Positions 9,670 to 19,848 are shown, numbered from the stretch's first letter. The stretch: 64,000 nucleotides of DNA from Candidatus Woesearchaeota archaeon (GCA_016181265.1 JACOZP010000008.1:132583-196582), one strand, 5' to 3'. A program made the numbers and translations. Notes: generated by a model not told the origin, from the letters alone.

Positions 9670-10416
9670 ATGAAATTAGTCTTAGCAGAACCAAAATTTT
9701 TCAAAGATAGTATTAGTATCATCTCTGATTTAGTCACAGAAGCCAAATTTAAAGCTACTTCGGCAGGTCTGGAATTAGTGGCGATGGATCCAGCAAATGT
9801 AGCAATGGTCATCTTCAAGCTGTTAAGCAGCTCGTTTACGGAGTGTAAAGTTAAGGGGACAGAAGAGTTGGCAGTTAATCTCAATAATCTCAAACAGATC
9901 CTACGTCGGGCAAAGAGCGACGATATTGTAACTTTAGAGACGACAGATGACGCAAAATTGACCATCCAGTTCAAAAGTAACACGACACGTTCTTTTTCTA
10001 TCCCAACATTAGAATTAGATGAGAAAGAACAGAAAGTGCCGGAACTAACGTTTCCTCTCAGCGTGACGACTGATTCTTCAATCTTGACGGATTCGATCGA
10101 TGATGTTAGTGTTGTAGCGGAATCGGTAACTTTTCTAGGAGAGGCAAAAATGCTTTCAGTGAAAGCAGAAGGTGATCTTTCTAAAGCTTTTATTGAGATC
10201 GCTGCCGACGAGAGCACGACCATTAAAGCAGCAGGAGATACCAAATATAAAGCAAAATATTCTTTAGAGTATCTCAAGAAAATGGCAGCTGCAGGAAAAA
10301 TGGCGGATCAGGTGAGCTTGCAGTTCAATAATGATTATCCTTTGAAGTTAGAGTATAAAGTAACGGATAGATTGTTGATGAGTTTCATCCTTGCGCCGCG
10401 CGTTGATAATGATTAA
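9670..10416 (+). CDS. pcn: PCNA sliding clamp
   Basis: AMDPANVAMV, AKYSLEYLKKM, DYPLKLEY and FILAPRV. Confidence 0.96.
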   Translation: MKLVLAEPKFFKDSISIISDLVTEAKFKATSAGLELVAMDPANVAMVIFKLLSSSFTECKVKGTEELAVNLNNLKQILRRAKSDDIVTLETTDDAKLTIQFKSNTTRSFSIPTLELDEKEQKVPELTFPLSVTTDSSILTDSIDDVSVVAESVTFLGEAKMLSVKAEGDLSKAFIEIAADESTTIKAAGDTKYKAKYSLEYLKKMAAAGKMADQVSLQFNNDYPLKLEYKVTDRLLMSFILAPRVDND

Positions 10417-10433
10417 CTAGGAAGAAGGAAAGT

Positions 10434-10985
10434 TTATCTTTTCCGAAACTCATTGTCATTGAAGATCGGTTTGATCTGCTCATATTTATAGCGTCCTTCT
10501 TCGTCATAACCAAAAGAAGCTTTCTGGTTAAGTTTAAAGAAAACAGCGCGGAGAAGACGTAATTGAGGATAGAGAACAATATCGTGAGGCCCGTTGTTTT
10601 TTATTTCTAATGTCAACCTTCTTGGCTCAGTGCCAGAATCAGCAATCATTGCCGTTTGAACAACAGTTACACCTAGACGAGCAATCGTACTACGCCCTTC
10701 TAACATCATGCCAATGCTCCGAGAGAGACCGATTGTTTCAAAGGTATGGCCTAACACAAAATCGCCAGAACGTAACAAGTAGGGTTTATCTTCAGTCATA
10801 ATATGTTCTTCATACTCAGGAAGCTCTTTCTTTTTTAAGTCGATGACTTTATTGCCAATCGGCTTGAGAATCTTTTCACCAAGATGAAATGTTACACCCG
10901 CCGGACGGATCTGTTCTGGAAGAAAAGGATTGATGATAAGGTCACCATTGGCAAGAGCTGAGCGGATATCAATATCGGAGAGCAT
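10434..10985 (-). CDS. dcd: dCTP deaminase (dUTPase-like superfamily)
   Basis: MLSDIDI...INPF..EQIRPAGV, LEGRSTIARLG and LTLEI. Confidence 0.85.
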   Translation of the reverse strand: MLSDIDIRSALANGDLIINPFLPEQIRPAGVTFHLGEKILKPIGNKVIDLKKKELPEYEEHIMTEDKPYLLRSGDFVLGHTFETIGLSRSIGMMLEGRSTIARLGVTVVQTAMIADSGTEPRRLTLEIKNNGPHDIVLYPQLRLLRAVFFKLNQKASFGYDEEGRYKYEQIKPIFNDNEFRKR

Positions 10986-11038
10986 TGTTCTTCTTTAAAA
11001 TAGGAAATTATTTATAATTTCTCTCATTGAAATGAATT

Positions 11039-11257
11039 ATGCCACTTTATGGAGAAGGGATCTTATGGTATATCCTGATTGTCGACTCTATTGGGTATAA
11101 TATTCTTTGTTGGACGAGGGGAAAATGGCATAAGAAGACGACTCATTGGCTCTCATCGTATATCCCGATGAATAAAGTGATGGGCTTATTGTATTTGTTT
11201 CTGCTGTTATGGATCGGAAGTGCCCTCGGACGGCTGGATATCTTGTCGTTCAAATAA
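11039..11257 (+). CDS. Small two-TM membrane protein
   Basis: 72 aa with two hydrophobic segments; TTTATAA about 25-30 nt upstream. Confidence 0.6.
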   Translation: MPLYGEGILWYILIVDSIGYNILCWTRGKWHKKTTHWLSSYIPMNKVMGLLYLFLLLWIGSALGRLDILSFK

Positions 11258-11349
11258 AGAAGCAGGGCAGGATATAGGCGAATACCATAAAGAATATAAA
11301 ATAACCACCCTCTTTCTCCTAAAAACAATACTTTGAGGAGGTTTATGAG

Positions 11350-12060
11350 ATGGAACAAGAACAACAAGAACAAAAGCAAGCGAAAAGACCTGATTCTGAC
11401 CGCTTTTGGAAATTTGCAACAGTCGCACTGATCGTCGTACTGGCAGTATTTGCATTTCGGAGCAATGGAGGAAGTCCAGCAGCACCAACTGGAGGAGCTG
11501 TCGTAGATGGGCAAGTACCAACCGCAGCACCAGTTGATATGAAGAAGCTAGTTGATGATGATGATGTGCTGGGAAAAGCAAGCGCGCCGGTGACAATTGT
11601 AGAGTTTAGTGACTATGAGTGTCCTTTCTGTGTACGATTTCATACTGATACGTGGCCGCAACTAAAACAAAATTATATCGATACGGGAAAAGTAAAAGTT
11701 GTTTACCGTGACTTCCCATTGAGCTTCCACCAGAATGCACAAAAAGCAGCAGAAGCAGCTGAGTGTGCTGGATCGCAAGGAAAGTATTGGGAGATGCATA
11801 ACCTTCTCTTCACGAAAGGAGTGGAAGGAGGTATAGCAACGTTTAAACAGTACGCGCAAAGCTTAAGCTTGGATACAGCAAAATTTAACCAATGTCTTGA
11901 TTCCGGCGAGAAAGCAAGTGAAGTACAGAAAGATATGGCAGATGGCGCTGCGGCGGGAGTCCAGGGAACTCCAAGTTTCTTCGTCAATGGAGTACCAATC
12001 TCGGGCGCGCAACCATATTCGGTCTTCCAACAAGTGATTGATGCGGCTTTGGCAGAATAG
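11350..12060 (+). CDS. DsbA/BdbD-family thiol-disulfide oxidoreductase, membrane anchored
   Basis: N-terminal TM helix, VEFSDYECPFC, RDFPL..H and GVQGTPSFFVNG (cis-Pro loop). Confidence 0.93.
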   Translation: MEQEQQEQKQAKRPDSDRFWKFATVALIVVLAVFAFRSNGGSPAAPTGGAVVDGQVPTAAPVDMKKLVDDDDVLGKASAPVTIVEFSDYECPFCVRFHTDTWPQLKQNYIDTGKVKVVYRDFPLSFHQNAQKAAEAAECAGSQGKYWEMHNLLFTKGVEGGIATFKQYAQSLSLDTAKFNQCLDSGEKASEVQKDMADGAAAGVQGTPSFFVNGVPISGAQPYSVFQQVIDAALAE

Positions 12061-12169
12061 AGATAGATATTTATTTTTTTATTTTTATTAGCTTTCTAGA
12101 ATACGTTTTATACAAAGTCAAGATAATAGAAAAACTAAAGAAGAGAAAAATAAGAATGTTTAAAACAAA

Positions 12170-12643
12170 TTATTTTAATCTAATCTTTATTCCAACAGCA
12201 TCCCCGAGTTGTTCTTTCTTCTCACGGATATGCCGTTTGACATGATGTTTTAGTGGGTGTAGGTACTGCGCATCAAAGGACCAGCGATCTGGCCCATTAC
12301 AGAAAATGGAGATGCAAATGATGAGCAGACCAAGATCACGGATAGCAATGTCATTATAACCCAAACCGATGATGACAAAAAGAAGATGAAGTGTCGCAAC
12401 AAATGAGGTAAGACGGGTGAGAAAGCCAGCAAGGAGAAAGAGCCCAACAGTAGTATCAAACAGACCGTTGAGAAAGATAATTGTTAATGGCTGAAGAGGG
12501 ATGAGTTTCGTAAATCCAGGAAGGTAGCCGAGGAAAGTTTGTCCATTAAAGATCTGGATCATCCCGAACCAGAAGAAAACCACGCCAATACCAATTCGAG
12601 TGATAAAAGGAGCATACTGTTGATAACGATCTAGATGGACCAT
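12170..12643 (-). CDS. DoxX-family membrane protein
   Basis: RIGIGVVFFWFG...GLFLLAGFLTR...IAIRDLGLL...GPDRWSFD; start taken as ATG 12643. Confidence 0.8.
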   Translation of the reverse strand: MVHLDRYQQYAPFITRIGIGVVFFWFGMIQIFNGQTFLGYLPGFTKLIPLQPLTIIFLNGLFDTTVGLFLLAGFLTRLTSFVATLHLLFVIIGLGYNDIAIRDLGLLIICISIFCNGPDRWSFDAQYLHPLKHHVKRHIREKKEQLGDAVGIKIRLK

Positions 12644-12727
12644 GGTTTTGAAAAATAGAGTTTCAAGTTTATATTCTTTACGGTTAAAGTCAAAAGAATT
12701 ATAAGAAAATACTGTTTCCAAAAAGTG

Positions 12728-13258
12728 ATGAATAATTGGATATTTTCTTTGTTAAGAGCATTAAAAGAGGTATATTCCAGGAAGCAGTATTATATTTATT
12801 CTTTACTCTTTGCGCTCTTTATCTTTTCTCTTAATCCGCTGCTACGAAATTATAAGCTACTCAAAGCACAATTCTCTTGGTTGTTGGTATTGCAGTTAAT
12901 ACTAGCATCACCAGTTACCTCAGGAACAGTACCATTCGTATTGCTGACTATTCTTTCAATCTTATCAGGAATAGTCATGGCGTTTAGTGTTTATGTGATC
13001 CGACGACAGATTTCACAAGGAGTAAATCTCGGTCTGACGGGTGTAATTATAGGGATCGTAGCACCCGCTTGTCCTTCTTGTGCATTAGGCATCTTTGGGG
13101 TGCTTGGTCTGGGAGGGTTACTAACCATTCTTCCGTTTAAGGGATTAGAACTGGGATTTTTAGGTATATTCCTTCTGATCATTTCATTATTATATCTAAG
13201 CAAGAAGATTGAAGCAAAAGTTTGTGTTTTACCACTGAAGAAAGGAAGGAAGAGATGA
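12728..13258 (+). CDS. Multi-pass membrane protein with an intramembrane CxxC
   Basis: About four TM helices, APACPSC motif and a further C-terminal Cys. Confidence 0.7.
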   Translation: MNNWIFSLLRALKEVYSRKQYYIYSLLFALFIFSLNPLLRNYKLLKAQFSWLLVLQLILASPVTSGTVPFVLLTILSILSGIVMAFSVYVIRRQISQGVNLGLTGVIIGIVAPACPSCALGIFGVLGLGGLLTILPFKGLELGFLGIFLLIISLLYLSKKIEAKVCVLPLKKGRKR

Positions 13259-13272
13259 AGAAAAGAGGAGAC

Positions 13273-13626
13273 TTACTGCATTAGGCAGCCTGTCTTTTGA
13301 GAAAGATCTTCTAAGCTTACTGTTCCTTCTAGACGCGTACCATTTTCTAATTCCCACGTAGGGTATCCTTTAATTTCTTTCTTTACACAGTACTCAGTCT
13401 GGGTACTGCCGTCGGGTAGAGAACATTCAACATAGTTAATGTATTGGAAACTACTGCCAAACATTTCTTTTTGATCTTTGCAATGAGAACACCAAAAAGC
13501 ACCATACATGGCTACACCTTTTTCAGTAAGGCAAGATGCGAAATAGTCATACTTTGTGCTGTTTGACGAACAACCGATAAGGAAAATGAGAGAAATGAGG
13601 ATGAAAAAGATTATGAGCGGTCTCAT
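13273..13626 (-). CDS. Exported thioredoxin/glutaredoxin-like protein (type usually associated with VKOR)
   Basis: Lipobox-like FLIGC, MYGAFWCSHC, YVECS and C...IKGYPTW. Confidence 0.85.
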   Translation of the reverse strand: MRPLIIFFILISLIFLIGCSSNSTKYDYFASCLTEKGVAMYGAFWCSHCKDQKEMFGSSFQYINYVECSLPDGSTQTEYCVKKEIKGYPTWELENGTRLEGTVSLEDLSQKTGCLMQ

Positions 13627-13703
13627 TGAAGTTAGAAGAAATCACTGTTATTTAAATGTTATGAGCTACTAAGAGTAGCGGTACCATGGTTTTCTGGTTA
13701 TCC

Positions 13704-14207
13704 CTACATAAAGCCGAGTCGTCTTCCGCGGGTTGAGTTCGCTTTCTTGATTCCTTCTATAGTCTCTTCAAGAGAATAGCACCATGGCTCGAGTACTACA
13801 CATACACGAGGGAGATCAAAGAGAACAGGTTCATAAAGATGAAGATAAGGAGGAGTATTGGTCGCTTCGGTGTGATAGAAGAAAGCGACGCCTTGTCCAT
13901 GTTGGGGAAGATGATTCCTCTCCTGAAGAAGAATGGTGCGATTATACTTTGTTTGGAGAGCCCTCATCTCCCAGGGTGATGCTTTTTTTATAGTAGAGAA
14001 TGAATGTTTACCGGGTTGGAGAGAGCCGTTAAGATAGTAGTCAAAAACGTTCCCGTGAATACCATCGATGATTATCTTGAATAGTTTTTCACCTTGCACC
14101 CCCGGCTGGAGATGAAATTCGAGACGGACACCATCTTCGCAGTAGAAGGGGGATTTCACCCGGTACAATAGGTCTCGAGGAGCGAGGGGTTCTTTTTCTT
14201 TGGTCAT
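13704..14207 (-). CDS. Hypothetical protein
   Basis: ORF directly downstream of ribL; probable start ATG 14207; no recognisable motif. Confidence 0.55.
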   Translation of the reverse strand: MTKEKEPLAPRDLLYRVKSPFYCEDGVRLEFHLQPGVQGEKLFKIIIDGIHGNVFDYYLNGSLQPGKHSFSTIKKASPWEMRALQTKYNRTILLQERNHLPQHGQGVAFFYHTEATNTPPYLHLYEPVLFDLPRVCVVLEPWCYSLEETIEGIKKANSTRGRRLGFM

Positions 14208-14208
14208 A

Positions 14209-14625
14209 TTATTTTCTTTCTTCGATGAGCTTGCGAAGGAAACTACTTTTTTGAGACTCTGATTTAAATGGTTTTGCACGGACTATCGTAGGATAGAGGT
14301 TACGTGATTGAAGTTCATCGGTTAATTTTTCTTCTGCTATCTGATGGTCGTAGCCGAGACAAATGACATCTGGCCTTTTTTCACAGATAATTTTAAAGTG
14401 ATCATTCTGATCGCCAAGAATTGCCTCATCGACAAGGCGTAAGGATTGGACTAGTTTTAACCGTTGCTGTTCGTTAAAGATGATCGGTTTTTTTTGCTTT
14501 TCTTTTGTCTTATCGCGAGCAATGACAACAAGCAAGTAATCACCATATTCTTTAGCTTGTTCAAAGTAGTTGAGATGACCAAGATGCAAGAGATCAAATG
14601 TCCCGAAGCACATGACGGTTTTCAT
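14209..14625 (-). CDS. ribL: FAD synthase / cytidylyltransferase family (RibL-like)
   Basis: MKTVMCFGTFDLLHLGH (HxGH), VVIARD and PDVICLGYD; start ATG 14625. Confidence 0.85.
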   Translation of the reverse strand: MKTVMCFGTFDLLHLGHLNYFEQAKEYGDYLLVVIARDKTKEKQKKPIIFNEQQRLKLVQSLRLVDEAILGDQNDHFKIICEKRPDVICLGYDHQIAEEKLTDELQSRNLYPTIVRAKPFKSESQKSSFLRKLIEERK

Positions 14626-14626
14626 T

Positions 14627-16747
14627 TTAGATTTTTTTGGGAATAAGTGTGGCTTGGTGGATGAGGAGGGTGGCAGTATTCTTTTTTTCTTCAATGATCT
14701 CGGCGCTTTGGATCTTTATCTTTTTCTGAAAGAGAGGGCAATCTAATACCACCGATTCAAATTCACCACCCTCACCAGCGATGTTGAGGTATGTTTTCTC
14801 ACGAATCTTTTTTAAGCGTTCAATATCAATCTTAGTGATTGGTCGGTTTAGCCAAGACTTATCTAAGCCCTCCGCAGCAACGGCGGTAAAGATGATTTCA
14901 AATCCAGCATGAAACAGTTCTTCCATATGAGCATCTGGCTGCTTATGCCATAGAGGAGAAAATATCTTAAGACCGAGATTATCACAAATCTTTTCGATGC
15001 GATCACGTTGGTACGTCGAGAATAAAGCTCCACTGACAATCCCATCAATGTGATATTGTTCTTTAGCTTGCCGGAGAGCTTTCTCTAGATCGAGAAGCTC
15101 GATTTCTTTTTCTCCTGTTGTTTCTTGAATGATAAGCGGCAGTTCCATTGCCTGTGCTTGTAATTCCACTATCTCTACACCTGCACTTTGGAACATATAG
15201 GAATGAGAGTTCTGGGATTTTAATGTGATAAGACAAGTTAAAGCATAGTTTTGTTGTTTCATGATGTAGGCTGCAGCAGTGGAATCTTTGCCTGAAGAAA
15301 ACAGGACGCCAAGTTTAAGGTTTGGTCTAGGGTAGAATTGTTGGAGGTATGTTGACTTACTGGTGTAGCCTTGTTTTTTGGAAAGACGTTCGATAGCGTT
15401 ATCGATGCGTGAGCCGTACTGGGCGGCAACTTTTCTACGAAAAGCAAATTCTTCTGGAATGCCTTCTTTTTGTGCGATCGTACGGAGAATAATTTTAGTG
15501 TGTAAATCATCGATCTTATATTTAGGTGGTATCTTAAGTGAATATGTAATCAATTCTTTATCAAGATAAGGTAAACGAAGTTCAAGATTATTGTCCATAG
15601 TGAGGACATCGTCTCGATAGAGATCTCGTTCGTAGAGCTTGATCAACCCAGAAACACATTCTTGATTGATATTAGCGGATTGCTTATGCCGTTCATAGCC
15701 AGCAAAGATCTCTTCGCTGCCGAGACCGGAGAAGATTACTTTACAGCCGTCTTCTTTAGCCATCTCACAAGCAAGATAAAAAGTAAGAGCAACGCCAACT
15801 TTAGTGACATTGGAATCTTCGATAAGAGGGACTATTTTTTGAAGGAGGGGGGGGATTTCATCTATCTTCACTTTTTTGATCTTTAAGTTTAAGTGTAGTT
15901 GTTGCGCGATCTCCTGTGCGGCGAGCAGATCAGAGGGGGGAACGGTGTCGTTATCGAGGACAGCAGTATAGCACGTAAACTCATAGTCGCGATCTTTAAG
16001 GAATTTAGCCAGATACGTGGAGTCGATTCCTCCAGAGAAGAGAACGCCAAATTTCTGTTGAGGGATGCGTTTCTCTATAGCTTGATGGAGTAATTCTGTG
16101 GTTCTCTCCCTAATCCGTTGGATATCTTCTTGATGTTCAGGAAGGTAGTGGAAGAAATTGCGTCGTTGGATAGAATAAGTATTTGTTGAAATAGTGTACC
16201 GAAGTATAGACCGCGGGTTGAGTTCTTGGATATCAGTGAAACCTATTTTTTCTAATACTTTTTTTTCAGAGGCAAAGGCAAAAGAACCGTTGGTATGGGT
16301 AAACCACAATGGTTTCTCTCCAAGTATGTCACGAATAAGGGTGACGGTATCTTTTTTCCAGTAAGCGGCGGCGTAGACGCCGTCGAGTTCGTCTACTTTT
16401 TCAGTGCCGAACTTTTCAAAGAGTTGAAGAAGGAGATCGGCATCGTTTCGGGCTTTGAGACTAAATTTTTTTGCTAACTCTTTCCAATTATAGATCTCAC
16501 AATTAGTTGAAAGAACACCTTCTCGTCGTAGCGGTTGGGACACGTGATCGACAACGGCATGGAGGGTATGGCCAAGAAGGTGATTACCTTTGATCAAAGG
16601 AAGGTCCCGGAGGGTTGGATTGGTGACGATTTCTGTTTCGGAAGCGACACCACAGCCATCTTTTCCACGGTTATGTAACGAGGCTAACGCTGACCTAATC
16701 TTGTCCTTTGCGTCCGGATGGTTAAAGATGCCAATGATGCCACACAT
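14627..16747 (-). CDS. Fusion of an asparagine-synthetase-B-like module (Ntn amidotransferase plus synthetase) and a diphthine-ammonia ligase (Dph6/DUF71) domain
   Basis: N-part: MCGIIG, RDILGEKPL, FSGGIDS, SGLGSEEIFAGY and ELRLPYLD. C-part: LFSSGKDS, SYMFQ, GALFSTYQRDRIEKIC...PLW and AGEGGEFES. Confidence 0.9.
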   Translation of the reverse strand: MCGIIGIFNHPDAKDKIRSALASLHNRGKDGCGVASETEIVTNPTLRDLPLIKGNHLLGHTLHAVVDHVSQPLRREGVLSTNCEIYNWKELAKKFSLKARNDADLLLQLFEKFGTEKVDELDGVYAAAYWKKDTVTLIRDILGEKPLWFTHTNGSFAFASEKKVLEKIGFTDIQELNPRSILRYTISTNTYSIQRRNFFHYLPEHQEDIQRIRERTTELLHQAIEKRIPQQKFGVLFSGGIDSTYLAKFLKDRDYEFTCYTAVLDNDTVPPSDLLAAQEIAQQLHLNLKIKKVKIDEIPPLLQKIVPLIEDSNVTKVGVALTFYLACEMAKEDGCKVIFSGLGSEEIFAGYERHKQSANINQECVSGLIKLYERDLYRDDVLTMDNNLELRLPYLDKELITYSLKIPPKYKIDDLHTKIILRTIAQKEGIPEEFAFRRKVAAQYGSRIDNAIERLSKKQGYTSKSTYLQQFYPRPNLKLGVLFSSGKDSTAAAYIMKQQNYALTCLITLKSQNSHSYMFQSAGVEIVELQAQAMELPLIIQETTGEKEIELLDLEKALRQAKEQYHIDGIVSGALFSTYQRDRIEKICDNLGLKIFSPLWHKQPDAHMEELFHAGFEIIFTAVAAEGLDKSWLNRPITKIDIERLKKIREKTYLNIAGEGGEFESVVLDCPLFQKKIKIQSAEIIEEKKNTATLLIHQATLIPKKI

Positions 16748-16802
16748 ATATCCTCTGTTCTACGGAATGTTTATAAATATTTCACTTCTTTTTAGTGGTG
16801 CT

Positions 16803-17321
16803 ATGGATGATGAAGGGAAATTGATCGAGTTAGATGCGTTTAGACAGCGTCAACAAAGAGCTCTCAAAAGAAACGGGCTAAAAGAGAAAGTGTTGAAAAG
16901 AGGAGCAGTGCTTGTGCTTAGCGGGATAAGTGCTGGCTTTCTTTTTTTAGCGGGATATGGGACCTATAAACTCTTCTCCTCGGAACCAGTTCCTCGCGCT
17001 GTTCATCATGATGCTAGTACGGATTATCAACCGGCGCAAATTGAGAAAGTTTTTCTTCCGCCTAACGTAGAATTAATCCACTATACTCCAGAGCAAACTC
17101 AACGAGAAGGAGTGGTCATTAATTATTCAGGATATCGTATCTCTTACATAGACACGGACGGGGATCATACGGTAGATCAAATTATAATTGATGATACTAC
17201 AAGTTCAGGATTTTCTCCGTTAGAAAAGAAAGTAGAGATCATGCCGATTGGTTCTGTTCATTTTAAGTATGGGACGGAATTGTTGAGAGGAGAACGAGAG
17301 AGATATTTTAGAGAACATTAA
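16803..17321 (+). CDS. Hypothetical single-pass membrane protein
   Basis: Probable start ATG 16803 after TTTATAAA; one TM helix; DTDGD motif. Confidence 0.6.
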   Translation: MDDEGKLIELDAFRQRQQRALKRNGLKEKVLKRGAVLVLSGISAGFLFLAGYGTYKLFSSEPVPRAVHHDASTDYQPAQIEKVFLPPNVELIHYTPEQTQREGVVINYSGYRISYIDTDGDHTVDQIIIDDTTSSGFSPLEKKVEIMPIGSVHFKYGTELLRGERERYFREH

Positions 17322-17343
17322 AGGTCACAATCAAAAATAAGAT

Positions 17344-18441
17344 CTATCTCACATGCAATTCTAAGATATCTCCATCCTGCATGATATGATGAAGCATGTG
17401 TCTTTGCCCGGGAAATTTTGCTGACTTCCCCCAGACGCGACAGAATTTAAATTTCTTAAGAAAGTCTTTGTGCAGCTTGTTACAGATGTCCCCGACGGAT
17501 GAGCCGCTGGTGACAATCATCGGCTCGTTCATGTCAGCATCTTTCTTTGGTTCTTTCATGTAGACGCGAATGAAATTTAGTTTCTGAAAGATCAATTCTC
17601 GAAGAGTATTAATATTGATGTCGGCTTCAGCAGAGACAACAATATCGGCATTGATCTCTTGTTTAACACGCTCTACTTGATCCGCAGTGGCAAGATCAGC
17701 TTTACTGATACACGTGATTGCAGGGAGATATTTTTTGCTCCCTTCAATGCAATCGATGAGATCATCTACATTGATGGGACTGCGGATAAGAATGTTAGCA
17801 CTATTGATCTTGAATTCACGGAGAATTTGGGCAATAGTCGAATCGTCGATGTCGAGCGCAACGGTCTTGCCTATTTGGATGCCGCCGCGTGCTGTTTTTT
17901 TGATGAAGACTTCCGGCCTAGTCTTATTGAGACGGATACCGGATTCCCAGACTTCACGAAGAATGGCGGGATGATGTTCGGGATGATTAACGTCGATAAC
18001 CATGAGGACAAGATCAGCGTTGCGGATGACGGCAAGTACTTCTCGACCTCGTCCACGACCGGAGGCAGCGCCACTGACAATACCGGGAACATCTAAGATC
18101 TGAATTTTAGCTTGTTTGTATTCCATAACTCCGGGAATGACACTTAATGTAGTGAACGCATAGGCAGCGACTTCGGAGTGGGCACCGGTGAGCTTGTTGA
18201 GTAGAGTAGATTTTCCTGCCGAGGGAAAGCCGAGCAGGAGAACGGTGGCATCACCGGATTTACGGACAGCATAACCATGTTCCGACTGCCCCGTCTTTTG
18301 CTGAACACGTGAGTCTTGCTTCTCTTTGAGCATAGCCAACTTGGCTTTGACGAGACCAATATGGCCTTGTGTCGCTTTGTTGTATTTTGTCTTCTTCAGC
18401 TCGTCTTCCAATTCTTTGATCTTATCTTTATAATCGGGCAT
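17344..18441 (-). CDS. DRG/Rbg-family Obg-like GTPase with TGS domain
   Basis: TKYNKAT..HIG, GFPSAGKST, YAFTT, DVPG and VWGKSAKFPGQ. Confidence 0.93.
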   Translation of the reverse strand: MPDYKDKIKELEDELKKTKYNKATQGHIGLVKAKLAMLKEKQDSRVQQKTGQSEHGYAVRKSGDATVLLLGFPSAGKSTLLNKLTGAHSEVAAYAFTTLSVIPGVMEYKQAKIQILDVPGIVSGAASGRGRGREVLAVIRNADLVLMVIDVNHPEHHPAILREVWESGIRLNKTRPEVFIKKTARGGIQIGKTVALDIDDSTIAQILREFKINSANILIRSPINVDDLIDCIEGSKKYLPAITCISKADLATADQVERVKQEINADIVVSAEADININTLRELIFQKLNFIRVYMKEPKKDADMNEPMIVTSGSSVGDICNKLHKDFLKKFKFCRVWGKSAKFPGQRHMLHHIMQDGDILELHVR

Positions 18442-18527
18442 TGCTATCTCAAATAGAGGGGGTGTTTTTTAATGTTTGTGCTGAGAAGTGTTAGAGAGAG
18501 AACCATTCTCCACCATAAAATGGATAA

Positions 18528-19418
18528 TCATTGGACAGATAAGAACACGCCGAGAACCATAACAATAAAGAGGAGTCCTTTCTTAATGATATCACGAGCG
18601 GTAATCTTTTCTTTAAATGCGTGGGGAAAGAGAGTAGTGAAGAGGAGAGCGTAGAGAAGGACAAAGAATGGTTGAAATGATGCTACTCCTTCCATCAGGG
18701 TTACGGGGATGAATGTTAAGACGTAAGTATAAAGGGCAAATCCACCAAAGGTTGCTAGTTCCTCAAGAAAGAAGAAATGAGAATTTGTCTTGAAGCGATG
18801 AACTTGATCAATAATATTTCTACGCAGACGGGAAGAGGATAAGAGGGGGAGAGAGAATAGAAATGAAAAGACAAGACTCCACGTCAATCCTGTGCTCCAA
18901 CTGGCGGATGCGAAGATATATTTGAAAATGACAACTTCTAGTGAGAGGATGAGTGAAGCGAGACTCATGTAGAGGAATGAACGGTTAAAGCGGAGCGTTT
19001 TTCCGCCATTCCAGGTGAGCAAAGCGCTGCAAAGGACAATGATCAAAAAACCAAAATATTGGGTGAGTTGCAACCGTTCATCGACAATAAGAAAAGCAAG
19101 CAAGGGAACAAATATCTTCCCTAATGAGAACAAGGAGACAACAATAGAAGTGTCGTCATTTTGTAATGCTTTGTAGTAGGGGTAGCGATACCCAATGTCA
19201 GTGAGACCGAGAAGGAGAAAGAAAGGCAGTTCAGACCACGTCGGTAGAGAAGGCGTTTGAAAGAAAAAGATGAGCGGTACAAAAATCAGGTTAAATACGG
19301 AAGAATAAAAGATGAGAGTGGGGGTGTCTTTGAATAAGCGGTTGGTGAAATAGGTATCAAAGATATTTGAAAGAGCAAACAACGACGATCCAAAAAGAAC
19401 GATAAAGATCCAGAACAT
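18528..19418 (-). CDS. EamA/DMT-family transporter
   Basis: About 10 TM helices in two repeats; YYKALQ..D.SIV and LAFLIVDERL. Confidence 0.8.
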   Translation of the reverse strand: MFWIFIVLFGSSLFALSNIFDTYFTNRLFKDTPTLIFYSSVFNLIFVPLIFFFQTPSLPTWSELPFFLLLGLTDIGYRYPYYKALQNDDTSIVVSLFSLGKIFVPLLAFLIVDERLQLTQYFGFLIIVLCSALLTWNGGKTLRFNRSFLYMSLASLILSLEVVIFKYIFASASWSTGLTWSLVFSFLFSLPLLSSSRLRRNIIDQVHRFKTNSHFFFLEELATFGGFALYTYVLTFIPVTLMEGVASFQPFFVLLYALLFTTLFPHAFKEKITARDIIKKGLLFIVMVLGVFLSVQ

Positions 19419-19467
19419 AAAAAGGTTAATTCCTAGGGATTTAACAATCTTTCGTCAAACAAAAAAT

Positions 19468-19848
19468 TTAGTCTCTAAATTTATCTTTACGGAGAGCTTC
19501 TATAGTCGCAAGAAGTTCACGTGCGAGTTCGTTTACTTTTGCAAGGTTTTTTGAGGAGATACCCATGTCTAGGGCTTGGTGTGAAGCATACTCATGAAGC
19601 GCTTGAGCTAAATTTTTTATATTTTCATTAACAAAAGGATTTGCTGGTTTTTCAAGTTGGTCAAGCAGTTGACCTCTTCCGCCCGTAAACTCAGAGCACT
19701 CCCCTAACTTTTGATTTATCTTTTTTAACGTTGTAGGAATTGATGAAGACAAAGCAATAATGTTGTTCAAAATAGATGTTAAAAGGTTTAATTTTGTCCC
19801 TGCTACTGGATCTAAATACGGTTTATACTTACCAAACCAACCAGCCAT
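19468..19848 (-). CDS. Hypothetical protein
   Basis: Probable start ATG 19848 after SD GAGGTG; predicted helical. Confidence 0.55.
   Translation of the reverse strand: MAGWFGKYKPYLDPVAGTKLNLLTSILNNIIALSSSIPTTLKKINQKLGECSEFTGGRGQLLDQLEKPANPFVNENIKNLAQALHEYASHQALDMGISSKNLAKVNELARELLATIEALRKDKFRD

Noticed and set aside
9516-10277. 253-aa ORF antisense to PCNA
   Set aside because: It is a Ser-rich antisense mirror of a conserved gene.
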